From Actinomycetes bacterium (GTDB lineage Bacteria > Actinomycetota > Thermoleophilia > Solirubrobacterales > Solirubrobacteraceae), in NCBI GenBank assembly GCA_021851525.1, contig JAJZDA010000001.1, positions 3,493 to 67,492 on the forward strand: DNA of 64,000 nt. The letters run 5' to 3'. Numbering within the stretch: position 1 is the first letter of the stretch; each line of letters begins with the position of its first letter. The position numbers were made by a program, and so were the translations under genes. Below, in pieces: positions 56,483 through 64,000 of the stretch. The notes below the pieces were generated by a model that made no database searches, had not been told where the DNA came from, and worked only from the letters and a program-made list of their open reading frames with translations.

Positions 56483-57826
56483 TCACGGGTCCGATTCGTC
56501 GTCTGCGAGGAGTGCGCTCGTAGCGCCGGTCGATCGCAGCGCATCCGTGAACTTGGCGGCCAGCTCGGTTGCGGGCCGGGCGTGCAGGTAGCGGCTGGTT
56601 GTCGTGAGCTGCGCATGGCCCATCGCTTCCTTGACGCTCACTAGGTCGATGCCACCAGCGACCAGCATGGAGCCGTAGCTGTGACGGAGGTCGTGCCAGC
56701 GCAGCGGCCGCAGGTCGGCGGCGTCACGAGCACGCTTGAAGCGGCGGCGCAGCGCTGAAGCGTCGAGTCGTCGGCCGACGAGGTTGCAGAAGACGAGATC
56801 CTCCGGGTGGGTGAAGTGGCGTCGCTGCGTGAGGCGCTCGAGCGCGGCGGCGGCGTCGTCCCCCATGGGGACTCGGCGAATCTGGCCTGACTTGGTGGTG
56901 GTCTCGAGTCCGTCTGAGATAGCGCGGCTGATCGTCAACGCCGAGCCCTCCCAGTCGACGTCGACCCAGCGCAGCGCCAAGAGTTCGCCCATGCGAACCC
57001 CCGCATATGCCGAAACGCGTACAGCTTCGGCATCGCGCTCGTCCTCCTCCACCTCAGCGTCGAGTCGTTCGTACCCATACGGCCTGTGGAGCCCGCGTGC
57101 GAGCGCGCGCGCGAGGATCTCGATCTCGTCGTAGGTGTAGAACACAAGAACACCCGGCGCCGCTGCGCGACGTCGATCGGCGAACTTCGCTGGATTCGTC
57201 GGAAGGCTGAAAGCGCCAGGGCGCATCCCGTAGTTGAAGACAGCGCAGATGATCTCGCGATAGTGGTTGACGGTGCGAGGTGTGACTCCGGCCTTTGCGA
57301 CGGTGCGGAGCACCTGCTCGATCTCGGCTGTGGTCACCTTGGTGGCGGGTTTGTCTCCGAGCGCGCCCATGATGTAGCCCGCAGTCTTGCGGCGGCCGCG
57401 GCCGTGAGGAGTTCCAGGTTCGGCGAGCAGAGAGCGGTGGGAACGCATGGTGGTCGGCTTTGCGCCCTTCACGGTCTCAAGCCAGTGCAGATACGCGTGT
57501 GCGACTTCGCGAAAAGTCGCGCCGTTGATTCGCCGTTCTTCGGCAACGCGTTCGGCATCTTGTTTCTCAGCCACGTAGCCGGCGATGATCTCCGCCGCCC
57601 GGACGTGCGCAGCACGCGAGTCGAAGTACCCAGGCTGGACCCGACCACTCCGGGCTTTGAATGATCCGGTCTCGGCATCGGGCTCGAGCCAGGCGCGGCC
57701 AACCCGTCGCATGACCTGGCGTCCCGCGTAGCGGAACTTGACCTCATAGAAGACGCGACCGTTCTGCTCACGGGGGATGAGATTGAACACCGGAAGTGTC
57801 ATATGAGATGTCATTGCGGTCACCAT
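56483..57826 (-). CDS. Tyrosine recombinase / integrase
   Basis: GVRMGELLALRW (R), TKSG (K), HDLRH (HxxR), MGH...TSRY (H, Y); start ATG 57826 or 57802. Confidence 0.95.
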   Translation of the reverse strand: MVTAMTSHMTLPVFNLIPREQNGRVFYEVKFRYAGRQVMRRVGRAWLEPDAETGSFKARSGRVQPGYFDSRAAHVRAAEIIAGYVAEKQDAERVAEERRINGATFREVAHAYLHWLETVKGAKPTTMRSHRSLLAEPGTPHGRGRRKTAGYIMGALGDKPATKVTTAEIEQVLRTVAKAGVTPRTVNHYREIICAVFNYGMRPGAFSLPTNPAKFADRRRAAAPGVLVFYTYDEIEILARALARGLHRPYGYERLDAEVEEDERDAEAVRVSAYAGVRMGELLALRWVDVDWEGSALTISRAISDGLETTTKSGQIRRVPMGDDAAAALERLTQRRHFTHPEDLVFCNLVGRRLDASALRRRFKRARDAADLRPLRWHDLRHSYGSMLVAGGIDLVSVKEAMGHAQLTTTSRYLHARPATELAAKFTDALRSTGATSALLADDESDP

Positions 57827-57857
57827 ACCAGCCTCACTTGACACTTTGCCCCGAAGA

Positions 57858-57897
57858 TGGCTACCAACTCCGAGTTTGGCTACCAGATTGGCTACCA
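57858..57897 (+). repeat. TGGCTACCA x3, probable integrase arm-type binding sites
   Basis: Direct copies at 57858, 57877 and 57889, between the integrase start and the right att. Confidence 0.75.
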
Positions 57898-57979
57898 AAC
57901 AGGCATGAAATGGCCGCAATACCAGGTCATAACTCGACGAAACTTCACGCAAATTGCGGGAACTAGAAACCGGTGTTTC

Positions 57980-58025
57980 GGCTCATAACCCGAAGGTCGC
58001 AGGTTCGAATCCTGCCCCCGCTACT
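57980..58025 (+). repeat. Right att core (duplicated 3-prime half of tRNA-fMet)
   Basis: 46-bp identity to 6383-6428; tRNA 5-prime half absent. Confidence 0.95.
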
Positions 58026-58310
58026 GAGGAAATCGGGGTCTCCTGACGTTTCCGTCGGTCGTTCACCGGTGTGGGAGTGGCGGGCAGAGCCCGGCCAGGG
58101 TGAGCATCGCGAGCGCGATCAGCGCTTGGGGTGACTGCTCGCCACGCGGGCCTCGCACGCTTGATACGGCGTGCGCAAGGGACTTCACTGGCGCCTGCGG
58201 GGCGAACGACATGCGGCCAGCTGGGTGGGGCCCCGCCGCCCCCACCCAACCGCCGCCCACGGCGCCGCGGCGATCCTCAGATGACCGTCAGGTGCACGTC
58301 AGGACCCTGC

Positions 58311-59264
58311 TCAGCGGGACTGCAGCGCTCCCGCGGGAGCGGGGCTCTGGGCGAGAGCGTCGGTCGTCGCGGGCCAGCTCTTGTCGTCCACCTCGAGTGC
58401 CGTGCGCAGATACGCGGTCGTCATGCGCTGGACCAGCGCCAGTTGCGCCAGGCGCTCGGGCTGCACGTGCGGGCCGGCGCTGGGAGCGTCGATGCCGCCG
58501 AGTGCGTGGTCGGCGCCGAACACCGTGAGCAGGGTCTTCTCGCCCGGGCTGAGCGTGTAGCCGTCGGTCCACCAGTCGGGGCCGCGTGAGGAGAGCTGTG
58601 ACTGGTCCTGATCTCCGTAGACCAGCAGTGAAGCGGTCCGCATCGTCGCAAAGCTCGGGTTCATGAACGGAAAGGCCTCGGCCGCGAACGCGGTCAGGTT
58701 CTCACCGCCGGTGCCGGCGAGGCAGAGCAGGACACCCGCTCTGACCCGGGAGTCAGACATGTCCTCGCCCGGAGCGCCGTCGGGGCCGAGCACGCGCGCT
58801 CCGAGCAGCGCACTCGCGCTGGTCGCGCCGTAGGAGTGCCCGGCGGCCGCGACGCGCGCACGGTCGAGCCGGTCGGTGAGTGCGGGGACAGCCGCCTCGA
58901 CGCGGTCGAGCTGATCGAGCACGCGGCGCAGGTCATCGATCCGGTGGCGCCAGACCAGCGGCGCGCGCGGGTCATCGGCCATCAGGCCGATCGTCGCCGA
59001 ATCGAGGTGGGTCGGCTGGATGACGACGAGGCCGTGCGCCGCCCAGTGGTCGGCGAGAGGGCCATAACCGTCCATCGACGAGCCGTAGCCGTGGGAGAAG
59101 ATGACCAGCGGGAGCTCCTCGCCGCTGATCGGCATCGAGACCCGCAGCTGCAGGTCCGCACCGCGCTCGGGCGCGGGCAGCGTGACCGGCCGTTGCGAGA
59201 TGACGGGGACGGGGTTGCCGAGCTGCGTCTCGGCGTCAATCGGCTCTGTCTGAATCTGACTCAT
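58311..59264 (-). CDS. Alpha/beta hydrolase (chlorophyllase/PAF-acetylhydrolase-like)
   Basis: VIFSHGYGSS, AGHSYGA nucleophile elbow, GDQD, GADHALGG; start ATG 59264. Confidence 0.87.
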   Translation of the reverse strand: MSQIQTEPIDAETQLGNPVPVISQRPVTLPAPERGADLQLRVSMPISGEELPLVIFSHGYGSSMDGYGPLADHWAAHGLVVIQPTHLDSATIGLMADDPRAPLVWRHRIDDLRRVLDQLDRVEAAVPALTDRLDRARVAAAGHSYGATSASALLGARVLGPDGAPGEDMSDSRVRAGVLLCLAGTGGENLTAFAAEAFPFMNPSFATMRTASLLVYGDQDQSQLSSRGPDWWTDGYTLSPGEKTLLTVFGADHALGGIDAPSAGPHVQPERLAQLALVQRMTTAYLRTALEVDDKSWPATTDALAQSPAPAGALQSR

Positions 59265-59387
59265 CGGGTGGCTCCGTGGTTGCTGTTGGCTCCGGTTGGC
59301 TAGACTGGAGCCATAACCGGAGAGGGTGTCCACATAGCGTAGCGGAGACCCTCCCCACTTACGCCATGACCGTCCCCCACTCATGCG

Positions 59388-59963
59388 ATGACCGGCCACA
59401 CACCAACACCACCCGCCCCTCGCCGCGTGGATGCCGAGCGCAACCGCGCGCGCATCCTCGACGCCGCGCGCGCGGCCTTCGCCGAGCCGGAGGCGGATGC
59501 CTCGATGGCCGAGATAGCGCGCCGAGCGGGGATCGGCTCGGCCACGCTCTACCGCAACTTCCCCCATCGCCGCGCCCTGCTCGAGGCGCTCTACGTCGAT
59601 GAGCTCGACGCCGTCTGCGCGGCCGCGAACGCCGGCGCTGATCGCGGCCCGGGGCCGGCGCTGATCGCCTGGCTGCGCAGCTTCTACGCCTACTTCACGA
59701 GCAAGCGCCCGGTCGCCGCTGAGCTGCTCGAGCACACCGGTGGTGACGACCCCGTGTTCGGAGCCGGCTACGCACGGGTGATCGCCGCCGGAGGCCCGCT
59801 GCTGGAGGCGGCGCAGGGCGCGGGTGAGGTGCGCGGCGACCTCTCGCTCGAGCAGATCCTCGACATGATCGGCGCGATCGCGAAGATCCCGGGGGAGGGC
59901 GCCTATCGCGAGCCGATCCTCGACGCGGCGCTGCAGGCGCTGGCGTCCGTCCCCGGCGACTGA
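59388..59963 (+). CDS. TetR/AcrR family regulator
   Basis: DAERNRARILDAA...AEIARRAGIGSATLYRNFP. Confidence 0.92.
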   Translation: MTGHTPTPPAPRRVDAERNRARILDAARAAFAEPEADASMAEIARRAGIGSATLYRNFPHRRALLEALYVDELDAVCAAANAGADRGPGPALIAWLRSFYAYFTSKRPVAAELLEHTGGDDPVFGAGYARVIAAGGPLLEAAQGAGEVRGDLSLEQILDMIGAIAKIPGEGAYREPILDAALQALASVPGD

Positions 59964-60005
59964 CGACCGGGCGCGCCACGCAGCGCCCGGCGCAGGGTTC
60001 GACGC

Positions 60006-61184
60006 TCACAGGAACTGCGCCGCCGCATGCCCTGACGCCCAGGCCCACTGGAAGTTGAAGCCGCCGAGGTGGCCCTGCACGTCCAGCACCTCACCGATGA
60101 AGTAGAGCCCCGGGCGCTTCAGCGACTCCATCGTCTTTGAGGAGACCTCGCGGGTGTCGACGCCGCCGAGGGTGACCTCGGCGGTGCGGTAGCCCTCGGT
60201 GCCGGCCGGCACCAGGCGCCAGTCGCGCAGCTGCTCGGCGATGTCGCTGAGCGCCGCCGCGGTGTACTGGCGCATGCGCTTGGACGCGATCCACCGCGCG
60301 GTGATGAGGCCGGCCATCTTCCTGGTGAACACCTCGCCGAGCACGGTCTTCAGCTCGCTGTCGGGGCGGGCGGCCTGCTCACCGGCCAGCCACGCCCGCG
60401 GATCGCGGTCCGGGAGCAGGTTGATGCTCAGCGTCTCACCGGGCGCCCAGAAGGACGAGATCTGCAGGATCGCGGGGCCGCTGAGGCCGCGGTGGGTGAA
60501 GAGGATGTTCTCCCGGAAGCTCTGGTCCCCGCAGCTGACAAGCGCGTCAAGCGACGTGCCTGAGAGCTCGCCGCAGAGGGCCTTGAGCTCGTCATTGACC
60601 GTGAAGGGGACGAGGCCGGCGCGGGTCGGCACGACGCTGTGACCGAACTGGCGGGCGACCTCATAGCCGAAGCCGGTGGCGCCCATCGTCGGGATCGACA
60701 GGCCGCCGGTGGCGATCACCAGTGACGGCGCCCGCACCGGCCCCATGTCAGTGCTGAGCAGGTACCCGGCGTCCGTCGCCTCGATCCGGTGCACTGACGT
60801 GTTCAGGCGCAGGTCGACGCGGGACCGGCGGCATTCGGCCAGCAGCAGCTCGAGGATGTCCTTGGAGCGGTTGTCGCAGAACAGCTGGCCGAGCTTCTTC
60901 TCGTGGTAGGGGACGCCGTGCCCGTGCACCAGCGCGAGGAAGTCCCACGGCGTGTAACGGGCCAGCGCGGACTTGACGAAGTGCGGGTTCCGGGAGGTGT
61001 AGTTGGCCGGCTCCGCGTGCAGGTTGGTGAAGTTGCAGCGCCCCCCGCCGGACATCAGGATCTTCTTGCCCGCCTTGTTGGCGTGCTCCAGCAGCAGCAC
61101 CTCACGCCCGCGGGCACCGGCGCTCAGGGCACACATCAGGCCGGCGGCACCTGCGCCGATGATCACAACGTCGGTGGAGCGCAC
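60006..61184 (-). CDS. HI0933/YhiN family flavoprotein oxidoreductase
   Basis: IIGAGAAG, KILMSGGGRCNFTN, ATGGLSIP, LFTHRGLSGPAIL, GEVLDV...GGFNFQWAWASG. Confidence 0.93.
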   Translation of the reverse strand: MRSTDVVIIGAGAAGLMCALSAGARGREVLLLEHANKAGKKILMSGGGRCNFTNLHAEPANYTSRNPHFVKSALARYTPWDFLALVHGHGVPYHEKKLGQLFCDNRSKDILELLLAECRRSRVDLRLNTSVHRIEATDAGYLLSTDMGPVRAPSLVIATGGLSIPTMGATGFGYEVARQFGHSVVPTRAGLVPFTVNDELKALCGELSGTSLDALVSCGDQSFRENILFTHRGLSGPAILQISSFWAPGETLSINLLPDRDPRAWLAGEQAARPDSELKTVLGEVFTRKMAGLITARWIASKRMRQYTAAALSDIAEQLRDWRLVPAGTEGYRTAEVTLGGVDTREVSSKTMESLKRPGLYFIGEVLDVQGHLGGFNFQWAWASGHAAAQFL

Positions 61185-61216
61185 ATCAGGTCCTCGGGCA
61201 ACGAGCAGGGGTTGTC

Positions 61217-61687
61217 CTATGCCGAGCGCTCGGCGGGGAGACCCAGCCCGGCAGCAATCTCGCTGGGGCGTCGGCCCGGGCCGGCGGTGGGCAGAGTGCT
61301 GTCGAGCGTCGCGAGCGTCGCGAGCGTCGCGAGCGTCGCGCCGTGGTCCTGGGCGGTGGCGGCGTAGGCGGCGTCGTGGAGCGTGAGGCCGTGGCGCTCA
61401 GCCAGCGCGGCTGCCAGTCGCAGCTGTGCGGGGCTGGGGGAGAGCGTCGGGCAGATCTCGCGCAGTGATTCGAGCACGGTGGTGACCTGCTCGGCTCTCG
61501 CCTTCGCGCGGCCGCGCAGCAGCGCGCTCCCGAGCTCATAGGGAGTGAGATCGAGGACCGCCAGCGCGATCCTGAGCGTCCCGTGCGCGTCGAGCAGGGC
61601 TCGCGAGGCCTCGACCTCCTCCTCGCCCTCGGCGTGGAACCACTTCAGCGTGACGGTCGCGTCGCTAACGACGTCGGTCGCGTGCAT
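61217..61687 (-). CDS. PIN-domain (VapC-like) protein with internal (ATL)n expansion
   Basis: VVSDATVTLKWF, PYELGSAL, LTLHDAAYAATA, then GATLATLATLATLD. Confidence 0.75.
   Translation of the reverse strand: MHATDVVSDATVTLKWFHAEGEEEVEASRALLDAHGTLRIALAVLDLTPYELGSALLRGRAKARAEQVTTVLESLREICPTLSPSPAQLRLAAALAERHGLTLHDAAYAATAQDHGATLATLATLATLDSTLPTAGPGRRPSEIAAGLGLPAERSA
61304..61339. repeat. 9-bp tandem repeat (gagcgtcgc x4)
   Basis: Four exact copies inside the PIN gene. Confidence 0.9.
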
Positions 61688-61748
61688 CCGCCTCGCGATC
61701 GATTCGTTCGAGCAGCTCGTCTGAGATCGAGATCATCACCTTTGCCAT
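61665..61748 (-). pseudogene. Truncated ribbon-helix-helix antitoxin
   Basis: MAKVMISISDELLERIDREADARDRRR* (27 aa): RHH strand and first helix only, overlapping the PIN gene start. Confidence 0.65.
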
Positions 61749-61838
61749 GGCGAGAGTACCGCCGCTGGCAACTGGCAACGCGCTGCGCCAGGTGATCGAC
61801 TTCACCCGCAGCGCTGACCTCACGACAAAGGATTAGAG

Positions 61839-62705
61839 ATGGCAGACAGACAGCACCTGAACACGCTGCTCACCGACACACAACAGCCGCTGGTGGTGCC
61901 CGGCGGCGGGACACCGCTCGAGGCGATCGCTGCCGAGGCGATCGGCGCGCCCGCCTTCTAGCTGAGCGGATACGCCGTTGCGGCCTGGCGCCACGGTCTG
62001 CCGGACATCGGCCTGCTGGGCGCCGCGGAGACCGCGGAGGCGCTGCGGGCCGTGGTGCGGGTCTGCTCACTGCCGGTGATCACAGACGCGGATACCGGTT
62101 ACGGCGACGCGACCTCCGTGCACGCCAACGTCCGGCTGCTGGAGGCGGCGGGCGCCGCGGCGATCCAGATCGAGGATCAGGTCTGGCCCAAGCGCTGCGG
62201 TCACATGGTCGGCAAGGAGGTGATCGACGCTGACGCGGCGGTCCGCAAGATCGCCTCGGCGGTGGCCGCGCGCCGCCACCCGGAGACGCTGATCATCGCG
62301 CGCACCGATGCCCTCCATCCGCTCGGTCTGGAGGAGGCGCTGACCCGGGCTCGCCGCTTCCACGATGTGGGTGCTGACGTGGTCTTTGTCGACGCCCCGG
62401 AGTCGGTCGATCACCTGCGGAGGATCGGCTCGACCGTGCCCGGAACGCTGATGGCGAACATGAGCGAGGGTGGACGCACACCGCTGCTGGGCGCCGAGGA
62501 GCTCGGGGCGCTCGGGTTCAAGATCATCATCTATCCGACCGCGGCGCTGCGGGTCGCCTCACAGCACATCCAGCAGTTCTTCGCCGACCTGCGCGAGGCC
62601 GGCAACTCCGACCTCTGGCACGCCCGTATGGACTCGCTGGACGAGCTCAACGCCCTGGTCGGGCTCGACCGCTACCTGGCACTCGACGCCGCCTTCGCAG
62701 GATGA
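61839..62705 (+). pseudogene. Isocitrate lyase/PEP mutase family enzyme with in-frame stop
   Basis: MADRQHL...PLVVPGG...APAF*LSGY (TAG at 61959-61961), then DADTGYG, IQIEDQVWPKRCGH, IIARTDA, LMANMSEGGRTP. Confidence 0.8.
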
Positions 62706-62712
62706 TCTGGCC

Positions 62713-63450
62713 GTGAAACCAACCGGCAACACGATTCTGATCGCGGGCGGCACCTCCGGGATCGGCCTCGGGATGGCCCTGAGGCTCGAGCGCGCCGGTA
62801 ACCGCGTGATCATCGCGGGCCGTCGTGAGGAGCTGCTGGCTGAGATTGCCGCGCAGCATCCGACGATCGCGACGATCACGCTCGACGTCGCCGATCCGGC
62901 ATCGATCACAGCGCTCAGGGAGCGGGTTGAGCGTGAGCACCCCGACACCAACGTGCTGATCGCAATGGCCGGGATCATGCTCGCTGAGGACCTCACCGCC
63001 CCGGCCTTCCTGGCGACCGCGGAGCGGCACGTCGAGATCAACCTGCTGGGGACTATCCGCCTGATTGCCGCGTTCACGCCGATGCTGCTCGGGCGGCGCG
63101 ACGCGACGATCATGACCGTCTCCTCGGGGCTGGCGTTCGTGCCGCTGCCGATGGCTGCGACCTACAGCGCGACCAAGGCGGCGATCCACTCGTTCACCCA
63201 GAGCCTGCGGGTGCAGCTCCGCCCCCACGGGGTCGAGGTGATCGAACTGATCCCACCGGGCGTGCGCACCTCGCTCTTTGGTCAGGATGAGGCCGGCAGC
63301 GGCATGCCGCTCGAGGACTTCCTCGACGAGGTGATGACGCTGCTGGCGGTGACGCCCGCGCTCGAGGAGCTGTGCGTCCAGAACGTCCATCACTTCCGTT
63401 ACGCCGAGCGGCGAGGCGATTACCGCGAGGTCCTTGATCAGCTGAGCTAG
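62713..63450 (+). CDS. Short-chain dehydrogenase/reductase (DltE-like)
   Basis: ILIAGGTSGIG, NLLG, TVSSGLA, YSATK; start GTG 62713. Confidence 0.9.
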   Translation: MKPTGNTILIAGGTSGIGLGMALRLERAGNRVIIAGRREELLAEIAAQHPTIATITLDVADPASITALRERVEREHPDTNVLIAMAGIMLAEDLTAPAFLATAERHVEINLLGTIRLIAAFTPMLLGRRDATIMTVSSGLAFVPLPMAATYSATKAAIHSFTQSLRVQLRPHGVEVIELIPPGVRTSLFGQDEAGSGMPLEDFLDEVMTLLAVTPALEELCVQNVHHFRYAERRGDYREVLDQLS

Positions 63451-63663
63451 TGGTCTGTCTCCGAAATATCTGTCGATTCGAGCCGCCCCTGGCGGCGCCG
63501 GGCGGCGTCCTCGTCGCCTCGCGTGGCGCTGCCACGCCACGGCTCCTGCGTTCTTGCCCGCCATCCGCCAGTGACGCCTCTCGGTCGCCAGCCATTTGCG
63601 GGACAGACCACTCGGCTGCGGCTCAAGCGCGCGCCGCGGCGCGCGCTTGCAGGTCTGACGGGC

Positions 63664-64000
63664 ATGGAACAGCGCACAATCGAACGTCTCGGCCGCAGCG
63701 TCAGCGTGATCGGCCTGGGAACCTCGCAGCTGGGGGCCCCGGTTGGGGCAGCGTCGATGCTGATCAGGCCGCGGACACGCTGAACGCCGCCGCCGACGCG
63801 GGCGTCGCGCTTCCTTGACACCGCCGACGTCCACGGCGGCGGGCGCGGTGAGCATCTCTGCGGCCAGCTGCACGGGGCGCAACCTGAGCTGTTCATCCGG
63901 CGCGAGCTGCGGCGCGCCCAGCGCACGCGTACCAACCCCGGCGTGGATTGGGCAGGGGAGTTGCGACCGGCTCACGCACACCGCGACCGTTGCGCCAGTG
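63664..64000 (+). pseudogene. Frameshifted aldo/keto reductase 5-prime portion
   Basis: MEQRTIERLGRSVSVIGLGTSQLG, then WGSVDADQAADTLNAAADAGVA and LDTADVHGGG in different frames. Confidence 0.7.

Noticed and set aside
57827-57952. N-terminal extension of the integrase in the ORF track
   Set aside because: Runs through the TGGCTACCA arm-site region; downstream ATG starts (57826/57802) are more plausible.
57980-58025. Second tRNA gene
   Set aside because: Only the anticodon loop to acceptor 3-prime strand is present; the 5-prime half is missing, so it is an att repeat.

Overview
High-GC actinobacterial DNA; a Thermoleophilia/Solirubrobacterales-like host is my inference from gene content. Left flank (1-6352): DUF4395, Ppx/GppA, a 2-hydroxyacid dehydrogenase, a DHA2 MFS transporter with divergent ArsR regulator, and a GNAT. 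An initiator tRNA-fMet gene (6353-6426) is the insertion site of a ~51.6-kb integrative element. It is bounded by a perfect 46-bp direct repeat (6383-6428 / 57980-58025) and has a tyrosine integrase next to the right repeat. It carries a MobF relaxase, a VirD4-like coupling protein, an excisionase-like HTH and an XRE regulator, but no VirB4/mating-pore or replication genes that I can recognise, so it looks integrative-mobilizable. The cargo is a dense defence island. Recognisable parts: IetAS-type AAA+/S8 pair, type III R-M, Wadjet (TIGR02677-80 type), HNH, UvrD-nuclease, Fic, VapBC, NERD, sacsin-DUF3883. Three modules I cannot assign to a named system: (i) a coupled four-gene HTH / Fe-S PD-(D/E)XK nuclease / unknown / SF1B helicase module resembling a split Dna2/Cas4-helicase; (ii) an ExoVII pair whose XseA lacks conserved Asp residues and whose XseB ends in an SSB-like DDIPF tail; (iii) a TIM-barrel + Pol-beta nucleotidyltransferase pair. 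Right flank (58026-64000): hydrolase/TetR, an HI0933 flavoprotein, an SDR and several decayed genes. No CRISPR array or rRNA seen. All family calls come from motif recognition by eye, with no database searches.
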